A stretch of DNA of 64,000 nucleotides from Epiperipatus broadwayi (GCA_028023455.1 JAQFVV010000006.1:6510001-6574000), one strand, 5' to 3'; shown: positions 12,887 through 26,169, counted from the stretch's first letter. Program-made: numbers and translations. The notes: generated from the sequence alone by a model not told the origin.

Positions 12887-13428
12887 GGGGCCTTTCAGAG
12901 AAAATGTGAGGCCCAGGGCAACTAATATTTTAGAAGCCCTTCAAAATTTAAAATAAGAATGTGGGGACAGAGAGAAAAGAAATAAGAAATTTTTACTTAC
13001 AGGGCCAAAAACAGGACTCCAGGAGCAGTGAGGTACAAGTTGCAGAAATGAGCAAAAAGATCCAGATAGCACTTAGATAGGGTAGATTCAATCTAGTATT
13101 GTTAGTATTATAAAACACTGTTAGCACAGAACTGACTGATAGGGGGCTTAACAAGTGCTGCAGTAGCTTTTGTCACAGAGTCATCAAATTGGTACCTCAT
13201 TCCTAAATTGGCATACATTTTTGACTCATAGTATGCCTGCTTAAAAAAGTTTTTCTTAATTTTTTTTGGAGAATTCAACTGTAAAATTAAGGCCATTCTA
13301 TGAGCCATGACATCACTTTACCATCTCCTATATTTTTGTTTAACATATTGAGTTGCCAAGTTGAGGCCCCTAATATTGAGGACTGGGGCAGCTGCCCCAC
13401 CTGTCCCCCCCTCTGATTGGCCCTGCAT
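12887..13428. mobile_element. Possible old hAT-type non-autonomous element
   Basis: Ends resemble CAGGGCC..GGCCCTG with GC-rich subterminal blocks (gaggcccagggc, gaggcccc, ggggcagctgcccc); no clean TSD. Confidence 0.35.
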
Positions 13429-14074
13429 ATCCACATATGTATACAAAAAATAGTATGTATGTTGACAAAACACACAAAAAATATCATTACCAAACTTCTT
13501 ACATTACAACTAAAAAGTAAACAATAATTTAACAATTTTCACAAGTCTGATTTGGATGACATGAAGAGTTACAAAGAATTTGATTTTTGAAAGTTACATT
13601 TCTTATTCGTATAGTATTTTTAAAAATCATCTTTTTCATTTCTTATTCATACAACATTTTATAAGATCATCTTTTTACATTTCCTATTTGTACAATGTAT
13701 TATAAGATCATCTTTTAAATCCTTATCCATTATTCCATATGGTATAATATTCTCTAACAACATTTTCTAAATCTTCCATTTTGGATATAGGGATCTAAAA
13801 TTTAACAAGTATAAATAAGCATGGACCTTGAATTCACATCAATGTGAAATTAACATTACTAAATGTGACAATAGAAATTCGGATGTTATGTCATAAAAAT
13901 TTGCTTTAACACTTGACTAATACTGTTACAAAAAAACAACAACTTTAAAATATAGTAAGTTGCAGTAACTACCAATAAGAATGCTATTTACCTGCTTGTC
14001 ACAAGTTTCTACATATCACGTGATGCTGCTGTAACTATTTACCTAATTAATGAAATAAGCAGAAAACATAATAT

Positions 14075-14282
14075 TCATTTCTCGAATTCTGCAAAATTCA
14101 ACACATTTCAGAAATTGTATAAGTGCTTATGCAGCTCATGGAATAAGCAAAAAATTACACATTTCATGAATTATGTCATTTCTCGAATTGTGCAAAATTC
14201 AACACATTTCAGAAATTGTATAAGTGCTTACGCAGCTCATGGAATAAGCAAAAAATTACACATTTCATGAATTATGTCATTT
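14075..14282. repeat. 101-bp tandem duplication
   Basis: 14075-14175 vs 14176-14276, two mismatches, tcattt microhomology at the junctions. Confidence 0.95.
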
Positions 14283-16081
14283 CATAATCTGTGTAACACA
14301 GATATATAATAAAGGTTCAATTTAAAGCTTACATATTAAATCTTGTTTAATTATTACAATCAAAGTGTTAAAAGTGAAATCCTGTCTTCAACCTCGTATA
14401 ATTATAAGTTTAACAACTCTTAAGTGTCATATTCCATCTGGTTGATAAATTAATTTCACTCCGAACTACCAACAATGTTGATAAAGATGTGCTTGATTAT
14501 AAACATCAGAGCAACTAAGAATAGGTGGATTCATTCTATTCTTGATACTTTGTTCGATATTTAGAGTGTTTTTAAGGCATAGCCTGGTGGAGACTGATTT
14601 ATTTCTGTTATTTACATAATAAATACTATTTAAAAAACGTATTACAATTCAATTTACAGATATGACATTACTGAATTTGCTTATATTGTCGATATAGATT
14701 AGAATGTTAAATATTATTTACTAATCATTTTTAAAGACTATAAATTATAACTCAGTTTTTTGTTCAGATATAAGCTAAAACTTATTTAAATATCAATGTA
14801 TAAAATATCAAATTTGAACCAAGTGAACAAGATTAGTAAGACCAGAAGAGTATATATGGATCATTTATATGCTTTTATTAATATGCCTTATTGCATATTT
14901 CTTTTTAAAAGAGGTGATTATACTTTAAAAAACGGAAAATAAAACATAGAACCGTTAAATAGACAGCTCAAATTAATATGAATCTCTTGTCAGATATAAA
15001 TAATAGACAAAATATAATTGCAGTATTTCTAACATTAATAGTTTCATATCAATGCAAATTTTATTGTTGTAATTATTAATACGGCCCCATTCTTTAGATA
15101 AAATAAAATCTTTAAACACAGAGTAAGTAAGCTTGGTTTAATTAACAAATTTTATAGTAGCTACAAAGTTCAGTTTGTCAAATTCTTTCAACAACAAAAT
15201 GACTTCTCGACAAAGACAGGATAAACATAGAAATGCTCAGATAACCCCATTAATCTTTCCTCTCAATCATACACGATGTTAAGATTCATCTTATCGCAAA
15301 TAACAAACTAATAATTTAAAAATAGAAATAACTTGTTTTAATGAAAATAAATTTGAGAAGACTATCAAATACAAAGGACAGTAAACAATAGAAGCTATAA
15401 AAGTACGTATTTTTCCTCAGAAAACTTGTATTAGCTTTTTATAGGGGCAAAACAAAATGTGTACACATGTACATCAGAGATTACCGTTTACATATTCCTA
15501 TGCTTTGCTGTATTTTTATTTATTCTTAGAAAACCTTGTACCTTATAAAATAAAAAATATAGGACCGCCCTCCCCTCATTACACTGATATAGCCTACCGG
15601 TTATTACAAATAGACCACAAATTCAAAAACCTTTATTGTGGGAACAAAAATTACCAAGCTTTGTATTGATTTATTTTAATTATTGCTATATAAAAACTTA
15701 GCGCTGATATAAATGTAAGCATAGTCTATATTCCAAAGTGTTACACTGTTACCAATAAAATAAATACAAAAAGTATTTTAATATCAATTAGATTGTTTAT
15801 AGTGGAAAGAAAATGGATTACAATCCAAAGAACCCGGAAAATTGCTGGTTCCAGATTAACACTAAACTACCTATGACATTTTAGTTGGCTAATTGAATAA
15901 ATTTAATTGTAGTTTATACTTCTACCAAATCAGAAATACATAAACTATGAAAAAAACTATGATAACAAATTTTAAATATCTTAAAAATAATAAATCAGAA
16001 AGATTACAGTAATGTGAGATTTTACGATAGTTGCGCACCCTAGTGGCACATTGAGCATTTAACTAATTCATTCAATTAGTT

Positions 16082-16449
16082 CAGAGGTCCCCAACCTTTT
16101 TGCACTTAAGAGCGCATTCTATAATACTGGCCAGGTGGCGGGCACCATTTATTTTTTCAATGTAAATTTATAGTTGGATATTGTTAATAATACACATAAT
16201 GTACAAAAAAATATTCATTTTAGAAATAAAATTTTAACATATAATTAACGTTTATGTTTTTACGCTGTAAAAGTATAGTATGCCCTACAATTTGATTACA
16301 ATATAATACAATAATTTATAAGAAATTTTAAAAATTAAAATTATTTGTATCAGATAAATAATTTTTTATCGTGTTCGGATAGCGGCGGGCACATGTAAAA
16401 TGGTCTGCGGGCGCCATGGTGCATATGGGCATAGGGTTGGGGACCCCTG
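16082..16449. mobile_element. hAT (Charlie-like) MITE
   Basis: TIR cagaggtccccaacc / ggttggggacccctg; perfect 8-bp TSD aattagtt 16074-16081 / 16450-16457. Confidence 0.93.
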
Positions 16450-17917
16450 AATTAGTTAAACTGAGCTCCCCCTTCATTTTATTTAACTGATAATCTTATA
16501 GCCCAGAGTCCGATATTCTACTGCTGCACTAACCCACTTGGCTGTAACACTTCCGAAATTTGAATAGCCTATGAAATATAAAGCAATATACCAATTAATT
16601 ATTATTATTAACTTTGGACCAATATTGAATCCTTTGGCTCTGAGTTTACTATTTAACAGAGCAGTAAACTATACAGGGCAGAAAATATTACAAAGACAAA
16701 ATTAAATGCCCTACATGTATAACATTCTACACATTGAATTTCCTTGAAAGAACGGTAATCTAAAGACTTCATTTCCAGATTCAAATAACAGGTTAAAAGT
16801 CTTTAAATCTAAAAATAAATTATTGATGCGATGTAAGCTTTGATAATCAGATCATGACAATGAGCCCTCACTCTGAACAGTGAATCCTCTATTACCCCTC
16901 TTCCTGCATAAATACAATGAAAATTTAGGAAATGATCTTAAATATCACTCTGTTTAACAGATAAATCGCATAACAAATGAGTAAACGGAGATACTACCAC
17001 AGCACTGTACATTACATTACCGCTAACTTTCGAGAAAATTCTCTTTTCTCATGATCTTCAATTCTCAATCCAATCATAGTCTTTGAAAACATAATCCTAT
17101 AAAATGAGGTCATTCTGTTTACTTCTTTGAATACACTGGCAGCACGGCATGTTCAGTGCAGAGGTAGAATGTCAGATTTTGAAGAATAAGGTCATTGGAT
17201 TGATTCCAATATTGGAACTTCCATTTCTTGAACTCCTTGTGAACTCTTGAGTACTAATACCATTCTATTATTTATTTTTTCCCATGTGATTTAAGGCAAT
17301 GGTATATTGTCAGACTGTAGTATAAGTTCCTCGGACTGATTCCAGTGCTCGTGTATCTGGACCTCAAATTTTTTACCAATTCTTGAACAATGATTTTATT
17401 TTTAAATACATTTGCAAAATTAAATAGCATGTTTCTACAAAAATTGAAGTTACATTGGGCATACATATAATAACTAACAATTGGAAAAATGGTTGCTCAA
17501 ATCTAGAAGCCAATTATCATGGTTTGTACAGAGTTGATTAATTGCATAAGAAGCTCATATGGGCACCTTTATAAACTAAGTAATTGATGGCAGCAAAGTA
17601 AAGAAAATGGACATAGACAGACAAAAAGAAGAAAAAACAAAAAGCTATTTGTATCATGAAAAGCATTCCACTATCAGAAATGAATAAATAATCAGATAGT
17701 TTTATTGCTAGGGAATTTTTAAGAAAATTGAGCATCACCAGAGTAACGAATTGGGCTGTGATCCGCAGACTTTGAGCTCCAGAATCTGCCACTATACCAG
17801 TGTTCTAAAACATTTAGGCACATTCCATTGATGACCCAACAAGCTATCTTATTAGGTGCTAAAAGATACACCTATCCAGGCATCACTTATAAGATTGGCA
17901 GTCAGGAACCAATAAAC

Positions 17918-20900
17918 AATCATCATCATCATCATCAACCATTATCAATCCACTGCAGGATGAAGGTCTCTTCAAGTTTAATCCATCTTCTCCGATCTTT
18001 AGCTTCTCTTCTCCACAACACCCCTGCACATTTTCTTATTTCATCCATCCATCTCACATGTGGTCTCTTTCTGGGTCTTTTACAATCTCTTGGAATCCAG
18101 TTTAAAATTTCAATTGTCCATCTATTATCATCTCTTCTAGCAATATGTCCAGCCCAACTCCATTTCAATCTTTTAATTTTTTCAATAAGGTCAGTAACAC
18201 CTGTTTGTTGTCTTACCCATACATTGCGTTTTCGATCTCTTCTTGTTACTCCCAACATACATCTACCATAATCCTTTGAGTGGTCTGAAGTCTCTGTATT
18301 GCTCTTCTATTAAGTGTCCAAGTCTCAGATCCATAAGTAAGAACTGGTAAAACACATTTGTTAAAAACCATCCTTTTCAAACACATAGGCATATTTCCTT
18401 TTAGTATCAAGTAAGGCATATTTCCTTTTAGTATCAAGTTATTTCTACCAAAAGCACTCCAACCAAGTTTAATTCTATGATTAATTTCCTCCATTATGTT
18501 TCCATCTGTATTAATAATCTGACCAAGGTATTTGTAACTGTTAACTTCTTCTAATTCTTCATAATCAATCTTTATTTTCACATTTTGAGCAAATCGATTA
18601 AACATTACTTTAGTCTTTTTAACATTTATCTTTAGTCCTACTTTTCTACTTTCATCTGCTAACTCCTGCAACATTTCCTGCAGCTCTGAAGCATTATTTG
18701 CAAAAAACAACTACATCATCTGCGAAATCTAAATGACTTAAATACTCTCCATTTACTTTCACTCCTTTAGTTTCCCATTTTAATCCACAAAATACTTCTT
18801 GCAGCACTGCTGTAAAGAGTTTTGGAGATATGGAGTCACCTTGTCTTACACCTTTCTCAATGTTGATTTTTCCAGTATCATTATGTAATCTAATTGTTGC
18901 TGTTGCATTTTTATAAATATTCTTTAAAATATGACAATATCCTGGATCTATACCTTGATGATCCAATGCTTTAATCACTGAAGAAATGTGTATAGAATCG
19001 AATGCCTTTTCATAATCTACAAATCCAAAACATAATGACAACTCATATTCGTTTGTCCTTTCTATGACTTCTCTCAATACCTGGATATGATCTATTGTAC
19101 TAAAACCACTTTTAAATCCAGCTTGTTCTCTTGGTTGGTGGAAATCCAAAGTTCTCTGTAGACGAGTTGTAATTATCTTGGTAAAAATTTTATATAAAAC
19201 TGATAAAAGGCTGATAGGTCTGTAATTTCTAATATCTTCTTTATCACCTTTTTTAAATATTAATATTATTACTGCATTCTTCCAATCTTCCGGTACATCT
19301 TTATCATTTAGACATTTGGTATATAACTTTGCTAAAATTGTTTCTATTTCTTCACCTGCTTCTTTTAATATATCAATTATAATTCCATCATTTCCTGGAG
19401 CCTTTCCTTTCTTCATACACTTAATTGCATGTCTCACTTCTTCATTTAAAATTCTGGGCAATTCGGAAGATGTAATAGATATAGGAGGTACTTGTTCTTT
19501 ATTACTATATAATTCTTGATAAAAATCTTCTACCAATTTCATGATGTCATCTCTCTTTTTAGTAATAATTCCATCTTTTTTTCTTATTGCAGATATAAAT
19601 TTCCTACCAATACCAAAATATTGTTTAACATTTTTGAGACTTTTATTTTCTTCTACAGCTTTCCTTGCTATTTCACAGTTATACTTTCTTATATCATTTT
19701 CAACTCTTTTCCGTACCATTTTACAAAATTCGAGATATTCAATTCTTTTTAATACATCATTTTTGTATATCTTCATATTCCTTCTTTTCTTCATAAATTC
19801 TCTAGTCTCAGTAGAAATTTTATTAGTCAATTGCTGCTTTTTTCTACCAGCTATGTTTGTTGCAGTTTGTAAAAGTGTATCAGTTATTTTCATATTAATT
19901 TCATTCAAATCTGTATCATGTTCAAAATCTCCTAACACTTGAAACCTATTTGTAAGTTCTAATTTAAATTCATTAGAATGTTTCTGAAGATTAGGAATAT
20001 CAACTGTAAATATTGTTTTTCTTAATAATTTTTGTCTCTCTAGTTTTACATTAACACGTAACTTACACCTTACTAATCGATGATCACTTCCTGTGTTAAA
20101 TTTATTAAGAACATTACAATCTTGAAATATGTATTTTCTGTTAGTCAAAATATAATCCAATTCTGCTGTACCTTCATTTGGATGCTTCCATGTCCATTTC
20201 CTTTTAACATTTTTCTCAAAAAATGAATTCATAATATAAAGTTTTTCTTTTTCTGCAAACTCCACAAGTCTATGTCCTCTCTCATTTCTATTACCATAAC
20301 CAAAATTACCTACAGCAATTTCATCTTTCATTTGTCTACCAATTCTAGCATTAAAGTCTCCCATAACAATTTTAAAATGTTGTTTACTCTGATCAAAAGC
20401 CTTTTGTACATCCATATAAAAATCTTCTACTACTTCATCACTATGAGAACTTGTTGGGGCATAAACCTGAATTATCTGCATTTGGTATCTGCTATTAAGT
20501 TGTATAACTAATCTTGCAACTCTGTCCGATACACCATCAATCTCCACAATATTGTTCTTCCACTTTTTATTTATAATGAATCCTACTCCACTTGTATTTC
20601 CAATATGTGTGCCTTTATAATAGAGTATATGTCCACTTTTTAAATCAATTGTTTCTTCTCCTTTTCTTCTAACTTCACGAAGTCCAATAATGTCCCATTT
20701 AATATAAGACAGTTCTTCTTCTAATTCTTGCAATCTTCCTTCACTTGAAAGTGATCTGCAGTTGTAAGTACCTAAATAAAAAGTTGTCATCAAATGGCAG
20801 CCTGGGTCCGCAATCAGGGGATTCTTAGCATCCTCCGCCTTCGGCCACCAACCGCTGCCTTGGTTGGTGACTTTACAGCCTCCTGGAAATAAGGGCCATG

Positions 20901-20919
20901 CTTTATTTTTGTCTGTCAT
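17918..20919 (-). mobile_element. RTE-clade non-LTR retrotransposon, near full length
   Basis: Single APE+RT ORF, (GAT)n 3' tail at 17918-17937, RTE-type C-terminus (WSWAGHIARRDDNRW..WIPRDCKRPRKRP..RW). Confidence 0.95.
17935..20790 (-). pseudogene. RTE ORF (AP endonuclease + reverse transcriptase), disrupted
   Basis: GTYNCRSL, DIIGLREVR, MGDFNA, SDHRLV (APE); YRPISLL, QAGF, GVRQGDSISP, FADD (RT). +1 frameshift in a T-run near 18700, second frameshift near 18255, in-frame 27-bp duplication 18387-18439. Confidence 0.93.
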
Positions 20920-21299
20920 AATTGTATATATGTATTGGAAAAATATTTATCATTTACACAAACATTCATTCTGCCTTATCAGGTACTGAGAAGAAAGACC
21001 ATGGTGTTTCTTGATCTTAAACTCAGAGGTAAAAAGCCAATAAACTCGCCACGCTGGCTAATGCGTGTTGGTGAGCAGCCCATCCATGTTCGTATACTAT
21101 ATGAATAATCACATAGTAATAACAGCTGCAACGACAAGAACGTATGGAGTGGACATTAGGAATACCCTACAGGATATTATGTTGTAACATCAGTTCCATA
21201 CCTATTGCTGTTAAATCATATCCATAGCCCAGATTAACTGTGAATAGTAAAAAAACAATGACCAAGAATCCCTTCTGCAGCTTCATAGGGTAGGATGTC

Positions 21300-21660
21300 A
21301 GTCTATCAAAGATTACTTACAGTTTCTGATACAAACAATCTTTTTGTCCCCCTCTTTACATTATTCAGCCACTTCAATTAATGTAGGATGTTATGAATCT
21401 CCCTCTGTCTTTTTCCTATACTAACTGTATCAATGCATGGGTCTATGCAATCACATTTCTATCCTTCAACTTCATGCATATCATTTGTGAGTCTAATTAC
21501 CTCTTGGTGTTAGAAGGACCATAATCTTTAAAAGTGACTGCTATTTCTTCAATAAACTCCAACAACAGAGCTATTATAGTTTAATGGAGAAAAGGTGTTT
21601 AGCCTCAGGAGAATTGTCAATTATTAGTAATTGATAGTTTCCTGGCAACATCAAAAGGCA
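21300..21660 (-). pseudogene. Possible pogo/Tigger DDE transposase remnant
   Basis: QLLIIDNSPEA resembles LLILDNAPGH; EEIAVTFKDY resembles DQGVIATFKAY; very decayed. Confidence 0.35.
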
Positions 21661-21879
21661 AAAGTTATCTCTGTTTACATGGATATAATCTCTTTATGTC
21701 TATTCCTTATTATAATAACAATCCATAAAAAAATTAATTCAACATGTATAGATATATCATTATATATAAACAAATTATTAGAACACACTGCCTATAATAA
21801 ATTTATTAAAATAGAATATTTAAAATAAAAATAAAAAATATTCAAAGTAAATATAAAATAATTAAATAAATCACTATTA

Positions 21880-22150
21880 TTTTATCATTATAACAATGCT
21901 TATTTTATTTTACATTTGATCAGTATGACAGTTTCGATTAGGCAATAGACTTCTTCAGAGCTAAATATACATAAGTATATATGAATAACTAAAGATAATT
22001 TATCATATAATGGGAAATTATGTTTAGTTTTGTATTATTTATATATCTATTTTTATATATGCATGAACATTAGCTCCAAAAAAGACTGCTGGTCAGTCGA
22101 AATTATCAGATGGATCATGTATAAAATAAATTGAGTATTGTTATTATTGA
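21880..22150. mobile_element. Family D HHR-like repeat, two decayed inverted arms
   Basis: Minus 21925-21963: gctCTGAAGAAgtc..atcGAAACTGTC; plus 22073-22110: gctccaaaaaaGACTGctggtCAGTCGAAAttatc. Confidence 0.5.
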
Positions 22151-22584
22151 AAAAGAATAGTATATTTGTTTAATTGTTTGTAATTCTATCATTGCATTAA
22201 AGAGATAAAAGATGAAAGGAAGAATATAATATAAAATATTAAGAGCCAAACTTTCATTTCCACTTTTGTAGTCAATGACTACCAATAGAACAACTCATTT
22301 TTCCCGAGTCACAACCAGATATTTATTTAAGACAGATTCCCTAAAATTTTTGGATACAGTCAACCATTGTGCTATTTTTCTACAGGACATTTCTCCCAAC
22401 AGAATACAAGTAAAATATCAAATAAGAATGAGCTGAAAAATTTATAGGCTTTATTAAAAGTCGCATCCCTACACCGATCTACTTACCTCTGATAAAACTT
22501 TATTACAATAAGCAGTTTGACCTTTCCTAAATTAGGCAAGCCAATCGTATTGCAATGCTATATTTTATTTTAGTGTAGCTAAGA

Positions 22585-22800
22585 ATAGTAGCACCTGAGG
22601 AAGAGGGAAGAGTATGATTTAGCACATCGTGTTATAAATCATATTTGAAAAGTTTAAAAAAAAGTTTGAATTCTTCTAAAGACATTTAACAGTAAACAGA
22701 ACAAAACTCTCCGTACAATTAATGTGCTAGTATAGGAAATGTGATCATGTGACATTTAACAGTATTGAAGAAAATAGCCCAATATATAATTAATACTAAA
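22585..22800 (+). mobile_element. Family B 3' fragment interrupted by a 56-bp family A insert
   Basis: gcacCTGAGGAAGAGG, ttctaaagacatttaacag and aaaatagcccaatata match the 7.1 kb copy. Confidence 0.6.
22695..22750. mobile_element. Minimal family A insertion (inverted end plus tail only)
   Basis: aacagaacaaaactctccgtac (inverted end) + atgtgctagtataggaaatgtgatcatgt (tail); perfect 14-bp TSD gacatttaacagta 22681-22694 / 22751-22764. Confidence 0.85.
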
Positions 22801-23030
22801 TATCATCATCACAACCTTTCAGACTAACACAATTTATTACTCAAGTTATTCTCTATTTCCTTATCCTATCTGTAATTGGTTTTCTTCAACATTTTGAATG
22901 TTGGCTGAGTGCTAAGAATCTAGCTTCCACAGCCAAAAGCACAGTTACAGTCAATAAAATCAACAAATGAAATAGACTTTTACTTAGCCAATGTTTGAAA
23001 TGTTGAATCAAGCCAATTATAAATGCACAT

Positions 23031-23453
23031 ATTAATAATTTTTATTAATCATTCATTAGATGAGGGACTATCTACTTAATGAATACTATTTCCTATAGTG
23101 TAATTTTCATGACACCACTCTCACACAAGATAGGGATTGGTTTCTATCAACTTTTAACACCTTGTGGAGGGATATAATCATAAACATATGACTAAATATA
23201 TGTCAAAAAGATGTGTGATCCCTAAGATGTATATTTCATGCTGAACCAGCACTCATCAGTTGGCCCAAATCACAATCTTTTACACATATCTTTATCATTG
23301 TTCAGTATATATATATAGATAGGAAATTACTACACTTTAATTAATAAGTGTCAAACTTACTGTACTAATAATTTTGACACAAACTACCCAATGGAAGGGC
23401 ATTAATAATTTTTATTAGTCATTCATTAAACTTGAGCTTATCCACTTAATGCA
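23031..23453 (-). mobile_element. Family C monomer (370-bp period) with ~50-bp terminal direct repeat; HHR 23222-23263
   Basis: attaataatttttatta(a/g)tcattcatta at 23031 and 23401; minus strand CCAA-CTGATGA-GTGCT[GGTTC]AGCAT-GAAA-TATACA-TC^TTAG. Confidence 0.8.
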
Positions 23454-23929
23454 TGTGTTATGTAGCAACAGTTTCGCTATTCATACAAACATTTTAGGAT
23501 ACTAACATGTCTGAAACATGAATTATAATGCGTTCTTCTGACTCATGGCTTCATATAGTTTGAATCCTCGACCTTTCGCTAACAGTTTTGATCAATTAGT
23601 GCACTGTTTCATCATCGGTTAAGATATGAAATACACTGTCACATTTCATAACTTTTGATCCAGACCAACTAGCACTTTAAAATTATTGTTATGAATAATC
23701 AAACTATGCCATTCTGCAATATGTGCAGGATTCAGAGACAGTTGTTCAGACAGCTTGGAGGGAGAATTAGTCCCCTTAAACACTGTGTATATATATCAAA
23801 CAATAACTTGTTTGAGTGGAGCCAATTTGTATTTTTATTGTATTTTATTGATTGTTAATATTATTGATTTATATATTTTTACATTTTAATGGCAATATTA
23901 TATCAAAAATGGAATTTAATAAAAAAAAA

Positions 23930-24050
23930 AAGGCTAGGGTCTTTATTGCTCCGGAGTTCATAAGAAGTTCTAGTTCCAGAACTGTAAGGGTCAGAATTGA
24001 ACCTAGGACCTCCCAACCCCAAGTCAGACACTTTACCAACTGCAGCAATC
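23930..24050 (-). mobile_element. tRNA-headed SINE-like element with poly(A), different from the Gly family
   Basis: Reverse strand gctgcagttggtaaagtgtctgacttgggg..aggttcaattc (A/B-box-like) ending aataaagaccctagcc before a T-run. Confidence 0.45.
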
Positions 24051-24815
24051 TGCACAGAGTATGGAAATTAATGAACAGAAATATTATATGTAATAGCTAA
24101 ATATATATAATTATAAATAAAAGGTCTTCATAACATGTCATGTTTTATTTTGTTATTAGTTTTATTTCTTTTATAAAACACTAGATGGCAGTATATGTGC
24201 AATAATAGGTTAACATTAAAATAGATGTTTAATGTTTGATAAGGGTGTAAAACCATGTGCCAAAAAATACTTTTTGTGTATAATTGTTAATATATATATA
24301 TATAGCTATCATATATAATAGTTTTGATGTTTATTACAATTTTGATATAAACATTAGTTTTAGGTTTTATCAATAGAGGACTCTGTAGTATTAAAATGCT
24401 ATTTCTGATGAGAGTTGTAGGCAATATTAAAATGGTGGTTTAAAGCATTTGATATTAAATTGAGCAAACTTAAACAATTATTTTTTAACATAAAATATAC
24501 AAATATATAGCATCAAATAGGTACAATTTTGTAAGGTGAAGATGATCCCATATGCTGTGTAATACTGTTAAATCTCACAATATTGTCTAAATTTGCACCC
24601 CTTCTATATCTTACAAATAAGAAAGTGGTAATAACTCATAAAAAATTAAAGCATGTTACTTCTTAAATTTATTTGATGTTAAATATTTTTGACATTTATT
24701 TTAGAGTACATGTTAGCAAAAGTCTAAAGGTTGAAATTGATAGAACATTGCTAAAAGAGAATACAGATTATAGGTCTGTGCATATAAGTTAAATTAACTT
24801 GTAAATAGTGTTTAA

Positions 24816-24916
24816 TTAATTAGCCAATCAAATTGCTAGTAATATTAATATTAATTAGCCAATCAAATTGCTAGTAATATTAATATTAATTAGCCAATCA
24901 AATTGCTAGTAATATT
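24816..24916. repeat. 35-bp minisatellite, ~2.9 identical copies
   Basis: ttaattagccaatcaaattgctagtaatattaata at 24816, 24851 and 24886. Confidence 0.95.
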
Positions 24917-25379
24917 CATATGAAATATCATGTTAAAACAAGCAGGCAAATAGCTAGACCAAAACAATTACTTTTTTAATACTTTTTTTATTATTATTAT
25001 TTTTTTTTTTATCTTTAGATATCAAAATTCTTCCATTTTTTATTATGTAAGTAGGAAAAATACAATAAAAATTTTAAAAAGAAATAAATAAAGTTCTAAT
25101 TTGATGCATATGAATTTATAAATGGTTTCCATGCCAACAAAGGAGTAGATAGGTATTTTCAATTCAACATTTCCTTTGTATAAATAACATATGATTATAT
25201 TTTTATTTATGTGTGATTTTTTTGTTTGTTCAAAATTTAAGTACAGTCATCTACTATTTCTATTACTCCCTCCCCCCTCTAAAAATGTAACCAAATTTAA
25301 AGAAGACTGAAGTTATAAAATAATTACCCAATTCAATATTGTTTTCCATTGTTTTAATAGATAAGTTTATATAGACCCC

Positions 25380-26120
25380 ACACAGTTTGGGTCCATGGAA
25401 GACTAGTGGATTATGGAGCTCAAGACTCATAAATCATGGCTTCACATGTGACATTTCCAGTAATGGACATTCTTAGATGTTCTTGTGAAAAGATTCCTAT
25501 GTGGCAAATCAAAAACATGGTTTATGTAAAATAAGCCCTTATGAGAAAATGCCTTGGAATATATATATATACCCAGTTATAACATACCATTCAAAAGGTG
25601 ATGTTAGAAGCCAGTAACTTGAAAAAGAAAGTCAAGACATTCATAAAACAAAGTCTCCTGAAAAATTATTGTCCATTAACTATCTTTAAAGTAACTTTAA
25701 GCAGACAACAAAATAACATATCAAAAGAAAACCCAATTATAAAAACTATATTATATCCATATACATTAGGGGTAGCAGACAAAGAGAAAATGACTGCAAA
25801 CCAATATAACAACAGTTTTTGTCATAGCATACTGTGAGGAATCCAACCTTTACAAAGTCTAAACTTGAAATACTAAAAAAACAAGAACTGCGATTATAAA
25901 ACACCATGTGAATGTGAAAAAACATATATCAATAAAACCAGCTGCACCATCAAACAAAAAAAACAAAACAACAACAGCAAGACAAACCAATAATTTGGAA
26001 AGGGAAAAAAAAACAGATACATGTAAAGTAATTGACCTTGCATGTAGATATGAACATATGTTTGATTGGGAAAAGACAAGGTTATTAGGCAAAGAGGAAA
26101 AAATAATTAATCAATATATT
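25380..26120 (+). pseudogene. Penelope-like ORF remnant (RT C-terminus, linker, GIY-YIG endonuclease)
   Basis: Frameshifted pieces FTCDISSNG/FLDVLVKR, LKNYCP, TILYPYTLGVADK, YKTPCECEKTYINKTSCTIK, VIDLACRYEHMFDWEKTRLLGKE. Confidence 0.8.
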
Positions 26121-26169
26121 ATTTTTCTTACTTTACTTAATATATCAATTTTTTAAATAATAATAATGC

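Larger units (their letters stand above)
12440..14300. repeat. Two homologous ~170-250 bp segments in opposite orientation (12440-12620 and 14040-14300)
   Basis: acagattatgaaat..ttccatga(a/g)ctg..gaattttgcacaattc..ttatgttttct collinear after reverse-complementing; could be old long TIRs or two independent copies. Confidence 0.55.

Noticed and set aside
14340-15780. Possible very old RT remnants (LQPRIIISL.., YSLPV..EQKL)
   Set aside because: Similarity too short and weak to support a call.
17021-17096. 76-nt candidate exon on minus strand (tag|..IMFSKTMIGLRIEDHEKREFSRKLA|gtaatg)
   Set aside because: Splice signals and an open frame are present, but I found no partner exons or recognisable protein; such a pattern can arise by chance.
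20790-20919. HDV-like ribozyme, and true ATG at 20919, for the RTE element
   Set aside because: No P3/P1.1 nested double-pseudoknot could be drawn; the upstream in-frame segment looks like 5' UTR or flank. No TSD was found for this LINE either.
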